64,000 nt of DNA from Candidatus Roizmanbacteria bacterium CG_4_9_14_0_2_um_filter_35_15 (GTDB taxonomy: Bacteria; Patescibacteriota; Microgenomatia; UBA1406; GWC2-37-13). Position numbers and translations under genes: made by a program. The DNA lies in contig PFRZ01000009.1 in the NCBI GenBank assembly GCA_002788805.1, forward strand, positions 1,464 through 65,463, in the 5' to 3' direction. Numbering within the stretch: position 1 is the stretch's first letter; each line of letters starts with the position of its first letter. Under the pieces are notes generated by a model. That model was not told the origin of the DNA, searched no databases, and saw nothing but the letters and a program-made list of their open reading frames with translations. Below, piece by piece: positions 37,775 through 47,991 of this stretch.

Positions 37775-38026
37775 ATGCCAATCATCAAATCAGCTAAAAA
37801 AAAACTAAGACAGGATAAAAAAAGAAGCAAACAAAACTTCTTATACATTAAAGCTTATAAAGAGACTTTAAGGATAATTAAAAAAGGAGGAAAAGGCATT
37901 AAAGAATTAGTCAGTCGGTTTTATTCTCAAGTCGATAAAGCGGCTAAGGTTAAAGTCATTCATAAGAATAAAGCAAAGAGATTAAAATCTGAAGTCAGTA
38001 AATTGATTAATAAAAATAAAAAATGA
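37775..38026 (+). CDS. rpsT: 30S ribosomal protein bS20
   Basis: MPIIKSAKKKLRQ, DKAAK..IHKNKAKRLKS. Confidence 0.96.
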   Translation: MPIIKSAKKKLRQDKKRSKQNFLYIKAYKETLRIIKKGGKGIKELVSRFYSQVDKAAKVKVIHKNKAKRLKSEVSKLINKNKK

Positions 38027-38553
38027 AGTATAGAATTAATCTTCTTCCTCAAAAAGAAACTCCTTTAACGGAGAAAATCGTTTATTTTGCCTTGAACTAT
38101 CTAAGATATATCATCGTGATTACTCAATTAGTGGTAATCGCGGTCTTTTTCTATCGTTTTCAAATCGATCAAAAAATAATTGATCTCAAAGAATCGGTTG
38201 ATCAAAAAAAAGAGATTCTTCAGATTGTTTTACCATTATTGAATCAAGCAAGTAATATCGATAAAAAAACCATGGCGGTTAAAGATATCTTTATTAAACA
38301 ACAAACCTTTCAAGAAATGTTAAAATATTTATTATCGATCTTTCCTAGCGCAATTAACCTAACTGATTTTGAAGCGAGCGTCGATAGTCTAAAGTTAACA
38401 GGAGTTTCAACTGACTCTCACCAACTTCAGTCTTTTTATTTTCTTTTAAAAAAAGACAATAAGTTTGATAATGTTAATCTTGATAGTATTAAAAAAATTG
38501 AAAATGGTTATAGTTTCAAAATAAATCTCAATGGATTTAACAAAGATAAATAA
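38023..38553 (+). CDS. pilN: PilN-like type IV pilus alignment protein
   Basis: N-terminal INLLP motif, TM, coiled coil, C-terminal ferredoxin-like pattern. Confidence 0.75.
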   Translation: MKYRINLLPQKETPLTEKIVYFALNYLRYIIVITQLVVIAVFFYRFQIDQKIIDLKESVDQKKEILQIVLPLLNQASNIDKKTMAVKDIFIKQQTFQEMLKYLLSIFPSAINLTDFEASVDSLKLTGVSTDSHQLQSFYFLLKKDNKFDNVNLDSIKKIENGYSFKINLNGFNKDK

Positions 38554-39100
38554 AACAATTTTTTCCAAGAAGACCAAGGACTATACTTTTATTATTTTAT
38601 TTTTGTTGATATTCTCTATTTTTATTTTTTTTGCTGTTAAGCCATCGTTAACAACCGCTGTTTCTTTAAAAAAAGAAGAGTTCGATTTACAAAGGGTTGA
38701 CTTACTCTATGAAAAGAAGATTACCAATATCAGTTTAATTCAATCTCAAATCGAAGAAAATCGCGATAACCTGCCTCTTTTGGATGAAGCAATGTCTCAT
38801 TACCCTGAAGTTAATAAAATAGTCGAAGATGTAAAAAGGATTGCTGACAAAAACAATCTTTTTATTAAAAACGCCAACATCACTGATGTTAATTTATTCA
38901 AAAAAGAGGAAAAACTTGATAAGGTTCAATTGATGTTAGAGGGAAGAGCCTCTTTTAATGACACAGTCAATTTTATTACTGATATTTTTAATCAAAGGAG
39001 AATAAAGACAGTTGATAAATTAACCATAAGTCATGACAAAGAAGCGACCGGAGACGCTAATCTTAAAGTAGTATTAATTATTAACGGTTATTATTTATGA
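38531..39100 (+). CDS. pilO: PilO-like type IV pilus protein
   Basis: TM, coiled coil, F.....RRI-type C-terminus; follows pilN. Confidence 0.7.
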   Translation: MDLTKINKTIFSKKTKDYTFIILFLLIFSIFIFFAVKPSLTTAVSLKKEEFDLQRVDLLYEKKITNISLIQSQIEENRDNLPLLDEAMSHYPEVNKIVEDVKRIADKNNLFIKNANITDVNLFKKEEKLDKVQLMLEGRASFNDTVNFITDIFNQRRIKTVDKLTISHDKEATGDANLKVVLIINGYYL

Positions 39101-39282
39101 ATAAAAAAGAATTACTTTTACTGTCAATTGGGATTTTTTTAACAGCTTTATCATGGCTAGTGGCTGATATTTATCATGCCGCCTCTGAAGATAAGATCAA
39201 AGCAAAGATAGAAATACCAATAATAAAAAATTATCAGATTGATAAAAATATTTTAGACAGTTTACAGTTAAAAAATTACTAA
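39097..39282 (+). CDS. Small single-TM protein
   Basis: 61 aa, overlaps the pilO stop, one hydrophobic helix. Confidence 0.6.
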   Translation: MNKKELLLLSIGIFLTALSWLVADIYHAASEDKIKAKIEIPIIKNYQIDKNILDSLQLKNY

Positions 39283-39283
39283 G

Positions 39284-40549
39284 ATGGTCTATTCTCAACT
39301 TTATTTTAAAGAAAAAAATAAGATATCAACCTTGGTGTGGATATTCTTGGTTTTATTGATAGGCATTTTCTTTACAGGATTATTGACTAAGACGGTCACA
39401 CCTCGCTATTCCCGTGCTTCGCAAAATGCGATGACTAGGTTTGAAATTGTTAACTTAACTTCTACTCAAGCAACTATTTATTGGCAGACCGCTAATAAGG
39501 TAAAGAGTTTTCTTTTTTATGGCGAAGAATCAAATAATCAAAAAATGGTACTTGATGAAAGAGATGTTAACACTATAGAAAAAAGTAGTTATTATAATCA
39601 TTTCACTATTTTGAAAGAATTAAAACCAGGAAAAAAATATTTTTTCAAGCCGGTAATAGAAAAACAAATTGTTACTAAACCTGACGGAAGCGACTATACT
39701 TTTAAAACTCCAGTTGATAATAAGATAGAAAATCCTCTAGCCATTGTTTCAGGAGTTGTCCAACAACAAAATCTGCAATCGGCCGAAGGAGCAATAGTTA
39801 TCTTAAGCGTCAAAGACTGTTTTCCTTTATTTACTTTATCTAAATCGAAAGGTGATTGGTTGATTCCTTTAACTAATTTTTATGATAGGAACAGTCTGGA
39901 ACAAAAAACTTTGACTGTTAACGAAACAGTAAAGATAGAAATTATCAACGAAGACAGTAAAAAAATCAATATCGATGGTACATTAAAAACTATTTCACCC
40001 CTACCGCAGACAGTTATTCTTGGCAATGATTATAAATTTTTAGGGGAAGAAAAAGTCTTAGGTATAACCACTGATAACTCCAATCAAAAAAATAAAATAG
40101 CAATTATTTATCCAGACGAAGAAGGAAAAGTTATTTCAGGAAGAGTACCTCTTATCAAAGGAACGGCTTTTCCTAAAAAGGAAATAGATTTAACCATTAA
40201 ATCAAAAAAAACTTTGACGGCAAAGATTTTTGCCTCATCTGACGGCAGTTGGAGTTATGTGCCTCTAGAAGACTTAGAGATTGGTCAGCAGATACTGATT
40301 ATTAAAACTACTGACGACAGTAATAATGAGGTGACTTTGCAAAGAAAATTTATCATTACTGGCAATCAAGCAATTGAAGGAAAAGTCTTAGGAGTGGCGA
40401 GCGGCGAACCGACATTAATTGTTTCTTATCCAACGCTGACGACTATTCCGACGAGCACTCCTCCTATTTCAGGTGGGACTGTTTTTTCTTTCATGGTGAT
40501 AAGTTTTTCCTTAATAATAACTGGATTAGGAATTCTTCTTGCTTTTTAA
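39284..40549 (+). CDS. FN3/Ig-like surface protein with putative sortase signal
   Basis: N-terminal TM; FN3-like (ATIYWQT, H...LKELKPGKKYFF); Ig-like (DGSWSY); C-terminal PPISG followed by a TM. Confidence 0.7.
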   Translation: MVYSQLYFKEKNKISTLVWIFLVLLIGIFFTGLLTKTVTPRYSRASQNAMTRFEIVNLTSTQATIYWQTANKVKSFLFYGEESNNQKMVLDERDVNTIEKSSYYNHFTILKELKPGKKYFFKPVIEKQIVTKPDGSDYTFKTPVDNKIENPLAIVSGVVQQQNLQSAEGAIVILSVKDCFPLFTLSKSKGDWLIPLTNFYDRNSLEQKTLTVNETVKIEIINEDSKKINIDGTLKTISPLPQTVILGNDYKFLGEEKVLGITTDNSNQKNKIAIIYPDEEGKVISGRVPLIKGTAFPKKEIDLTIKSKKTLTAKIFASSDGSWSYVPLEDLEIGQQILIIKTTDDSNNEVTLQRKFIITGNQAIEGKVLGVASGEPTLIVSYPTLTTIPTSTPPISGGTVFSFMVISFSLIITGLGILLAF

Positions 40550-40574
40550 AACAATTATTCTATACAATTAAATT

Positions 40575-41216
40575 ATGAACTTATTCTCAATCTTAAGTTA
40601 TCTCAATAAATTAAGTCTTTTAGCTTTTATCGTCACCTTAGTCGCCTTAGGTTACCAACTTTATCTTCTTAAAAAAGAAAACAAAGTAAAAAAAAGCGAT
40701 CCTCTTATTCCAAAATTTAGAGAAGAAATCACAACAGAAATACCCAACTACACAAAACTTAATCCTGCTTTATTAACCTCTAATAAAAACAACAAAAATA
40801 AGTGGCTTTATCTCGCGATATTTTTTTCCTTTTTTCTCGTTCTTGTTATTTTTTTACTAATAATAAAAAAGTCAGAGCAAAAGCCAACCGCCAACCCGAG
40901 TCAGTTAGTGAAATATATTACCTCAATTGGTATCAAAGTCTATAATAATAATTGGATTGAATTAAAAGATAGTGAAATTAAGAAATTAAGACCAGGAAAC
41001 AGAATCGTTATCGGTATCGAAACCATCAAAGATAACAATATTGATAAGGCGCGGATAAGAGTTAATAGTAATCGCTGGGTTGATAAAGATGTGACCGATA
41101 AGCTTAATCAGGCAAAAAATGTTTTCTATCGAGAATACATTATTGCCAGTGATGATTCAGCTTTAAAAATTGAGGCGGAGTTACATTCAGTAACCGATAA
41201 CTGGTTAAGTCAATAA
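40575..41216 (+). CDS. Hypothetical two-TM protein
   Basis: Two hydrophobic segments and a C-terminal beta-rich domain. Confidence 0.65.
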   Translation: MNLFSILSYLNKLSLLAFIVTLVALGYQLYLLKKENKVKKSDPLIPKFREEITTEIPNYTKLNPALLTSNKNNKNKWLYLAIFFSFFLVLVIFLLIIKKSEQKPTANPSQLVKYITSIGIKVYNNNWIELKDSEIKKLRPGNRIVIGIETIKDNNIDKARIRVNSNRWVDKDVTDKLNQAKNVFYREYIIASDDSALKIEAELHSVTDNWLSQ

Positions 41217-41219
41217 TCT

Positions 41220-41696
41220 ATGAATAAAAAAATTTTCTTTATCGTCGGCATCTTAATAATGGGGCTAATAATTATTTATTTATTTGTTAAAATAACTTCT
41301 CGTCAAAATGAGAGTCCAGAAGTTTCGGTTAAAGTCAAACCACAAAGCAAAACTTATTCTAAATATATTACTCTTAATACAAGTGAACAGGCGGCTCCTT
41401 CTTTAACTCCAAGAGTGTCTCCAACTTCAACTCGACTTCCTACATTAATCTCAACTACCATAACCAATACTCTACCAACCTCAATTTTAACCAAATCTCC
41501 AACTCCAACTGAGATTATTGTTACTCATGTAACTAACACTCCAGAGGCGACCGATACTTCTTCTTTAGCTTTGAAACAAACACCGTCTCCCACATCTACT
41601 AAAACTAGTCAGCTACCGATTTCTGGAGTAGTGGAGTGGAGTTTGGCCTTTTTTACGATATCTTTCTTACTGATTATTGCTGCTTTTGTTTTTTAA
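41220..41696 (+). CDS. Thr/Pro/Ser-rich surface protein with LPISG sorting-like signal
   Basis: N-terminal TM, mucin-like T/P/S stalk, LPISG followed by a TM. Confidence 0.7.
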   Translation: MNKKIFFIVGILIMGLIIIYLFVKITSRQNESPEVSVKVKPQSKTYSKYITLNTSEQAAPSLTPRVSPTSTRLPTLISTTITNTLPTSILTKSPTPTEIIVTHVTNTPEATDTSSLALKQTPSPTSTKTSQLPISGVVEWSLAFFTISFLLIIAAFVF

Positions 41697-42758
41697 CTGG
41701 TCGCAGTTTTCTTTATTTTCTAAAACACAACCAATATATCGATGGATTAAAGAGAAATTTTTGTCGGTGGGAATAAGAACCCAAAGGCCGTCATATTCTG
41801 GAGAATTGACTTCAGGATTAGTGAAAAAATCTTGATCGAGAACAATTTTTTCTTGTTTTATTTTTCCTTTAAAGACAATGTTTTTTAAAATAATGGCGAT
41901 TTGTTGATTGGTGATATCACGTTTTACCAAGGGATTAATCAGTTGATAAAGCTGTCGGTAGGTTTTTAGACTGAGTTTTTTAACCGAAGCAAAGAGTTTA
42001 TTTTTTACCGTCTCAATCACTTTTTGTTGCCGAGCTTCTCGAGCGAAGTCGGTTCCTTCTTTGCCTTCAGCGTTTCTTGATCTAACGAATTTAAGAGCGG
42101 TTTCGCCGTTCATTTTATTTAGTCCTTTGGTGAAAGTAATAGTCTCATAGCGACAGGCGTAGGTTTTATCTCCAGCACAGTCATCGTTCTCACGGCCGGC
42201 GATGGGAAATTTTTTATCAGTAAAAGAGTTGTCAATATTGATTTCCACTCCGCCAAGAAAATCAATCAGTTCTTTGAATTTATCAAAGTCAATTACTACG
42301 GCGTATTGAATTGGAAGACCGATAATAGCGGAAACCTCAGCTTTAGCTAAGATAAAACCGCCGCCATTTTTTTTCGCTTCACCATAAGCGTAAGCAGAAT
42401 TAATCTTATCTTTTAAAGTATCGCTCCAAATGTCTCGAGGAATGGAAATAGTTGTTGATTGATTAGTTTTAAGATCATAGTTGATAACGACGATTGAGTC
42501 AGATAAATTCGGTCCTTCATGTTGACCGCCGGCGACTCCTAACAAGAGAATATTCACTTGATTATCGTAGCTTTTTAAAGAGTTTCTTGATAAGAGAGTC
42601 TTGACTATTGATACCTTGAGAGTTTTATTAATAAAAAGAAAATAAGGACGAATAATAAAAATAGAGATCAATAAAATAAAGGAACAAGCAATAATAATTT
42701 TCAATTTAAAATTTTCAATTTTCATTGAATTTTCAATTTTAAAAGACTTAATTTTCAA
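41667..42758 (-). CDS. LCP (LytR-CpsA-Psr) family glycopolymer ligase
   Basis: NILLLG, SDSI, SIPRD, KINSAY, ALKFVRSR, DFAR.ARQQ; start may be ATG 42725. Confidence 0.93.
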   Translation of the reverse strand: MKIKSFKIENSMKIENFKLKIIIACSFILLISIFIIRPYFLFINKTLKVSIVKTLLSRNSLKSYDNQVNILLLGVAGGQHEGPNLSDSIVVINYDLKTNQSTTISIPRDIWSDTLKDKINSAYAYGEAKKNGGGFILAKAEVSAIIGLPIQYAVVIDFDKFKELIDFLGGVEINIDNSFTDKKFPIAGRENDDCAGDKTYACRYETITFTKGLNKMNGETALKFVRSRNAEGKEGTDFAREARQQKVIETVKNKLFASVKKLSLKTYRQLYQLINPLVKRDITNQQIAIILKNIVFKGKIKQEKIVLDQDFFTNPEVNSPEYDGLWVLIPTDKNFSLIHRYIGCVLENKENCDQLKNKSSNNQ

Positions 42759-42773
42759 ATATAATTATACTTT

Positions 42774-44525
42774 ATGTCAGTTGATATTTTTACCCATTTA
42801 AATCCTCAACAAAAAGAAGCAGTGCTTTATTATAAAGGCAGTTCAATTATTCTAGCTGGCGCCGGAAGTGGGAAAACAAGAGTTTTAATCGCTAAAGTAA
42901 TTAACTTAATACAGAATCTTTATATCAATCCAAAATCAATCTTGATGATTACTTTTACCAATAAAGCGGCTGGCGAGATGAAAGAAAGAATCGGACTGAG
43001 ATATTGTTTAGGTTATATTGGCACCTTTCACTCATTTTGCGCCAGAGTGCTTCGCGTCGACGGCTTGTTTGTCGGCCTGAAGAAAAATTTTCTCATCTAT
43101 GACGAAGAAGATCAAATAGCCTTGATTAAGGCAGTCCTAAAAAAAGTCCAGTTGAACAAGAAGTATACGCCGTCTTATTTTTTGAATCGAATTTCGGCAG
43201 CGAAAAATCAATTGATTGGTCCGGAAAAATATCTGGAAGTTTTTTCCGACTATGCTTCAGCTGATACAGCGACCATCTATCAGGGCTATCAAAAAGAACT
43301 CAAAGAAAACAATGCTTTGGATTTTGACGATTTGATAAATGTAACGATAAGACTGTTTACAAAAAATAAACAAATATTAGACAAATACCAAGAAAAATAT
43401 CGTTATATCTTAGTCGACGAATTCCAAGATACGAACTACGTTCAGTATTTTTTGACCAAACTTCTCGGACAAAAATATAAAAACGTTACTGTAGTTGGCG
43501 ATTTCTCCCAGAGCATCTATTCGTGGCGAGGAGCGGAAATAAGAAATCTGGAAAAGTTTAAGAGCGATTTTCCCAAAACTAAAATATTTTACTTGGAGAA
43601 AAATTATCGATCTAGCCAGACTATTCTTGATTTTGCCTATCAAGTGATTTCTAAAAACCAGACCCACCCAATTCTTTCTCTCTATACTGACAAAAAAGGC
43701 GGAGAGGAAGTGATTTTTTATGAAGCGGCGACCGAGGAAGACGAAGGAATTTACGTAGCCAATTCAATTAGCGATTTGAAGGATAAATACCGTTTGGACG
43801 AAATGGCTATTCTTTATCGGACTAATGCTCAGTCGCGGGCGATCGAGGAAGTTTTTTTACACTTTGGCATTCCTTATGTTCTAATCGGCGGGACAAGATT
43901 TTATGAAAGAAAAGAAATCAAGGACGTTTTGAGTTATTTGCGGTTATTGATTAACCCGGTTGACAAACTGTCAAAAGAAAGGACTATTAAACTAGGTAAA
44001 ACTAGGTGGGAGAAGTTTAAAAAATACTATGAAGAAAATAAGGATTCGGTTGTCAAAAAAAACACCGATAAAATCATTGAAGAAATTTTTCAGGCAACCG
44101 ATTATCTGAAGATATATGATCCAGAAGTCGAGGAGGACTATTCACGCTTGGAAAACATCAAGGAGTTAAAGTCGGTCGCAATTGCTTTTCCGTCTCTCGG
44201 CGAGTTTTTAGAGCAGGTGGCGCTGGTTGAGTCCGAATATTTTGAAGGAGAGAAGAATTCCAAGAATAAAAACGGCATCAGACTAATGACTTTACATCAA
44301 GCTAAGGGACTGGAGTTTCCAATCGTCTTTGTTGTTGGTGTCGAAGAGGGGATTTTACCTCACTCAAGGTCGATGGACGATCTCTATTCTTTAGAGGAGG
44401 AGAGACGGCTTTTTTATGTTGGGATAACAAGAGCCAAGGAAAGACTTTATATCACCTATACGCGCCAGCGTTTCATCTTCGGAACTCGCAACTACTCAGC
44501 CAAGTCGAGGTTCTTGGAAGAATAA
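42774..44525 (+). CDS. pcrA: UvrD/PcrA family DNA helicase
   Basis: AGAGSGKT, TFTNKAA, DEFQD, YRTNAQSR, TLHQAKGLEF, EERRLFYVGITRA. Confidence 0.9.
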   Translation: MSVDIFTHLNPQQKEAVLYYKGSSIILAGAGSGKTRVLIAKVINLIQNLYINPKSILMITFTNKAAGEMKERIGLRYCLGYIGTFHSFCARVLRVDGLFVGLKKNFLIYDEEDQIALIKAVLKKVQLNKKYTPSYFLNRISAAKNQLIGPEKYLEVFSDYASADTATIYQGYQKELKENNALDFDDLINVTIRLFTKNKQILDKYQEKYRYILVDEFQDTNYVQYFLTKLLGQKYKNVTVVGDFSQSIYSWRGAEIRNLEKFKSDFPKTKIFYLEKNYRSSQTILDFAYQVISKNQTHPILSLYTDKKGGEEVIFYEAATEEDEGIYVANSISDLKDKYRLDEMAILYRTNAQSRAIEEVFLHFGIPYVLIGGTRFYERKEIKDVLSYLRLLINPVDKLSKERTIKLGKTRWEKFKKYYEENKDSVVKKNTDKIIEEIFQATDYLKIYDPEVEEDYSRLENIKELKSVAIAFPSLGEFLEQVALVESEYFEGEKNSKNKNGIRLMTLHQAKGLEFPIVFVVGVEEGILPHSRSMDDLYSLEEERRLFYVGITRAKERLYITYTRQRFIFGTRNYSAKSRFLEE

Positions 44526-44548
44526 ATTTGATATACTATATTTAATTT

Positions 44549-45145
44549 ATGTTCAAAGATAGGACGGGAAAAATATTGACTTTAGAAGAATTCTTTAGCA
44601 AAGTTATTAATCGTGTGAAAAATATCTTCTTAGAGTTTGGAGTATTCTTGCTTCATTTAGTTGGTTATATTCCTAGTCATTGTTTCCGTCGTTTTTGCTA
44701 TCGATTGGCGAGAATTAAAATTGGTAAAGGATCGACAATTCATACTAAGACCAGATTTTATAACCCGAGAAATATTATTATTGGTGAAGATACCATTGTT
44801 GGTGAAGGAGCAGTGTTAGACGGAAGAGCTAGATTAATAATTGGCAGTCACGTCGATATTGCCAGTGAGGTAATGATCTATAATTCTCAGCACGACATTG
44901 AAAACGAAAATTTTACCGCTGTTGATAAACCAGTTGTCATCGAAGACTATGTTTTCATTGGACCACGGGCAATTATTCTTCCGGGGGTAACTATTGGTAA
45001 GGGAGCGATTGTGGCTGCCGGAGCCGTTGTCACCAAAGACGTTCCTCCTTATGCCATTGTTGGTGGTGTTCCAGCTAAAATTATCGGTGAAAGAAAAAAT
45101 AAAAATCTTCATTATAAGCTTGGGAGGGCGAGATGGTTTAGGTAG
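44549..45145 (+). CDS. Hexapeptide-repeat O-acyltransferase
   Basis: Left-handed beta-helix repeats; [31 protein letters not shown]. Confidence 0.9.
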   Translation: MFKDRTGKILTLEEFFSKVINRVKNIFLEFGVFLLHLVGYIPSHCFRRFCYRLARIKIGKGSTIHTKTRFYNPRNIIIGEDTIVGEGAVLDGRARLIIGSHVDIASEVMIYNSQHDIENENFTAVDKPVVIEDYVFIGPRAIILPGVTIGKGAIVAAGAVVTKDVPPYAIVGGVPAKIIGERKNKNLHYKLGRARWFR

Positions 45146-45163
45146 ACTTAATCTCTTGAAATT

Positions 45164-46579
45164 CTAGTCAGCTGTACCGACTAGGTAGACGGCTTGCCAG
45201 GGTTTGTAAGAAGAATAATATTTTTCGTCAATAATCAGTTGATCATCTTTATAAACCTTATAGTTAAACGAGGCTTTGCCTCCCCAAGCAGGAAAATCTA
45301 TCTGCTTTGTTACACCTCTTTTTAAAGTCGGATCATCCTGATAAATAGCTGGAGGAGGAGAGGAGACATCCCACAATAAAACATTAGATATTTCTGAACG
45401 GCGGTTATCTTTTTTTCCATAAAGTTTAAAAAATAACAGATTGTTGTCTTTATCCACTTCAGTTTGGATAAGAATATAATTCCCAGTATCATTTTTTATT
45501 TTTAGATCAACTGAAGGAGCAAAGACAGTGGCGTCAAAACCAGGCTGTGAGTCATTTTCATAGTAAGAAACGCGGTAAGCATGGGCGTGGCGTTCGACAA
45601 TCGGCAGTCCAGCATTCAAAGCGGCTCGAAAGAGAGTGGTTGATACTTGGCAGACGCCTCCGCCGTCGCCCAGAACAGTTTTTCCCTCTTTGATAATATA
45701 GGCTGGCTGATAGCCAGTCAAAGAAGAGATATCGCCAACGGTCTCATTAAAGGAAAAGATTCGCTTGGGAGGGATGAGGACACCGTTAAATTTGGAACTG
45801 GCGAGAATAATGTTGTCAACTCTTGTCGCGATAGAATGAGAAAAGTTTGATTTACCGACAGCAAGCTCTTCTTCAATGCCAAAACTATTTATCTGAGAAA
45901 GGGTGATCTCTGGCTGGATAATGGTTGAGGTGAGAACAATGATTTTATCGGTTGATTGTTTTTTAAACTGTTGGATTGTTTTATCAAAATTGCTTAGGAG
46001 TTCCTCTGAGTTGATTTTTAGCCCAGGTTTTTCTTTATGAAAACTGATAACCTTTCCGCTCTCAAATTTAAAAAGAGCGTTTTTTGCCGGTTGATTGTAT
46101 TTCTCTTCAGCCGAGTTTATCAAGTCTTTGACCACGCTTTTATCGTATTCGATTTCGCTATCAAAATAGTATTTCTGCCAGCCAAGTAGCGAATTTATTA
46201 TCTGTAGATAAGCAGAGAGTTTATTAGAGCTTCTGCCAATGAGATAGGCTCTGACAGAGGCTGTTTCCCCATCATATTTTAGATTAAGAGTTTCAGCGGA
46301 AAAGGTGGCGATCGCTTCTTGATTAAAAAGAATGGTAATATTTTTATTTTTTAAACTGAGAGTTTTTTTGGAAAAATCGTTGATGATTTCGGCTTTAGTT
46401 TTGTTTCCCGCTTCAGTCTTATCAATATAGACACCGCTAAAAATTTTATTATTAAAAGACTGTTCATAGTTATTGATGAAATGAACAATGAATAAGAGAA
46501 AGAAGACGGAAATAGCACCTAAGCTAAAAAACAGATAGTTGAATATAATTCTAAATTTCTTTCGTTTTTTTGCTATCAT
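45164..46579 (-). CDS. VanW family protein
   Basis: R..NI, FSFNETVG, GGGVCQVSTTLFRA, ERHAH, DATV. Confidence 0.9.
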   Translation of the reverse strand: MIAKKRKKFRIIFNYLFFSLGAISVFFLLFIVHFINNYEQSFNNKIFSGVYIDKTEAGNKTKAEIINDFSKKTLSLKNKNITILFNQEAIATFSAETLNLKYDGETASVRAYLIGRSSNKLSAYLQIINSLLGWQKYYFDSEIEYDKSVVKDLINSAEEKYNQPAKNALFKFESGKVISFHKEKPGLKINSEELLSNFDKTIQQFKKQSTDKIIVLTSTIIQPEITLSQINSFGIEEELAVGKSNFSHSIATRVDNIILASSKFNGVLIPPKRIFSFNETVGDISSLTGYQPAYIIKEGKTVLGDGGGVCQVSTTLFRAALNAGLPIVERHAHAYRVSYYENDSQPGFDATVFAPSVDLKIKNDTGNYILIQTEVDKDNNLLFFKLYGKKDNRRSEISNVLLWDVSSPPPAIYQDDPTLKRGVTKQIDFPAWGGKASFNYKVYKDDQLIIDEKYYSSYKPWQAVYLVGTAD

Positions 46580-46585
46580 TGTCTT

Positions 46586-47986
46586 ATGGATGATAATAAT
46601 GAAAATTTAAAGGAAAATCAATATCCGCTTGAAGTAGAAGAAGTACCAGAAGAGGTAACGGCGGTTGACAATCTTCCTCCGCCAGTTTATCAAGAAAACA
46701 AAGGTCAGTACTTAATGATCGGCGTTGGCGCGGTGATCTTTTTGGTAATTCTTATTTTGATAATAAAAGCGATTTTTGGCGGGAAAGGAGTAAAAAAAGA
46801 GGTAAGTTTGACTTATTGGGGTTTATGGGAAGATAAAGAAGTCGTTCAGCCTTTAATTAATCTTTATCAACAAAAAAATCCCAATATTAAAATCGACTAT
46901 CAAAAGATGAATTCGGTAAGCTATCGAGAAAAGCTGGTCGTCCGGGGTAAGGCCGGCCAAGGACCAGATATCTTCCGTTTTCATAACACTTGGCTGCCAG
47001 AGATAAAAGAGGTGGTGGCGCCACTACCCCAGTCAATTATGGCCAATAGCGAGTTTGAAAAAACCTTCTATCCTGTCCAGCAAAAAGATTTAAAGGTTGG
47101 CAATTATTATTATGGTTTACCGCTTGAGATTGATGGTTTAGTTTTGGTTTATAATGAAAATCTTTTTAAAAAAGCCGGCATTGCTGCCGTCCCGACCACC
47201 TGGGATGATATCACCGATATGGTGCCAAAGTTGACCGTCAAAGATAAAACAGGACAGTTAATCACCTCAGGGATTGCCCTTGGTACCTCTTCAAACATAG
47301 AGCACTTTTCTGATATTTTTGGTCTATTACTGATTCAAAATGGTGGATCAATCACGAGATTAAATTCTGAAGAAGCGGCTGGCGCTCTTGAAATCTACCG
47401 CAAATTTTCTGAAGAGCCCCAAGTCTATTGGTCAGACGCAATGCCTAATTCCTTAACCGCTTTTATTCAAGAAAAAGTGGCGATGATTATTGTTCCTTCC
47501 TGGGAGATTGTAACTATTAGATCGGCTAATCCTGATTTAAATTTAAAAGTTTTGCCAGTGCCGGCGGTGCCTGGTGGTTCTTCTTCATCAATCGCCAATT
47601 ATTGGGTTGAAGGAGTTTCCCGCTTTAGTAAAAACCAGATTGAGGCCTGGAAATTTCTAAGATTTTTAATAGAAAAAGAAAATCTCACCAAACTCTATGA
47701 GATGGAGACAAAGTTTCGTCCATATGGTGAACCATATTCTCGCGTAGATTTAGCTTCTCTTTTAGTTCAAGACTCCTATATTGGTGCTGTGATCAAACAG
47801 GCTAACAATTATATTTCTCTACCACTTATCTCAAGGACGTATGATAATGGTTTGAATGATGAGATAATTAAATATATTGAAAATGCAGTTAACAGCACGA
47901 TTCAAGGTATTTCTTATAGCGAAGCATTAAAGACCGCCAGCCAAGGATTAGATCAAGTATTTACTAAATATAATATTGGTCAATAA
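46586..47986 (+). CDS. Membrane-anchored sugar-binding (SBP family 1-like) protein
   Basis: TM then LTYWGLWE, GPDIF, YYGLPL..D.L.L.YN, PTTWDD, AWKFL. Confidence 0.85.
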   Translation: MDDNNENLKENQYPLEVEEVPEEVTAVDNLPPPVYQENKGQYLMIGVGAVIFLVILILIIKAIFGGKGVKKEVSLTYWGLWEDKEVVQPLINLYQQKNPNIKIDYQKMNSVSYREKLVVRGKAGQGPDIFRFHNTWLPEIKEVVAPLPQSIMANSEFEKTFYPVQQKDLKVGNYYYGLPLEIDGLVLVYNENLFKKAGIAAVPTTWDDITDMVPKLTVKDKTGQLITSGIALGTSSNIEHFSDIFGLLLIQNGGSITRLNSEEAAGALEIYRKFSEEPQVYWSDAMPNSLTAFIQEKVAMIIVPSWEIVTIRSANPDLNLKVLPVPAVPGGSSSSIANYWVEGVSRFSKNQIEAWKFLRFLIEKENLTKLYEMETKFRPYGEPYSRVDLASLLVQDSYIGAVIKQANNYISLPLISRTYDNGLNDEIIKYIENAVNSTIQGISYSEALKTASQGLDQVFTKYNIGQ

Positions 47987-47991
47987 AAACT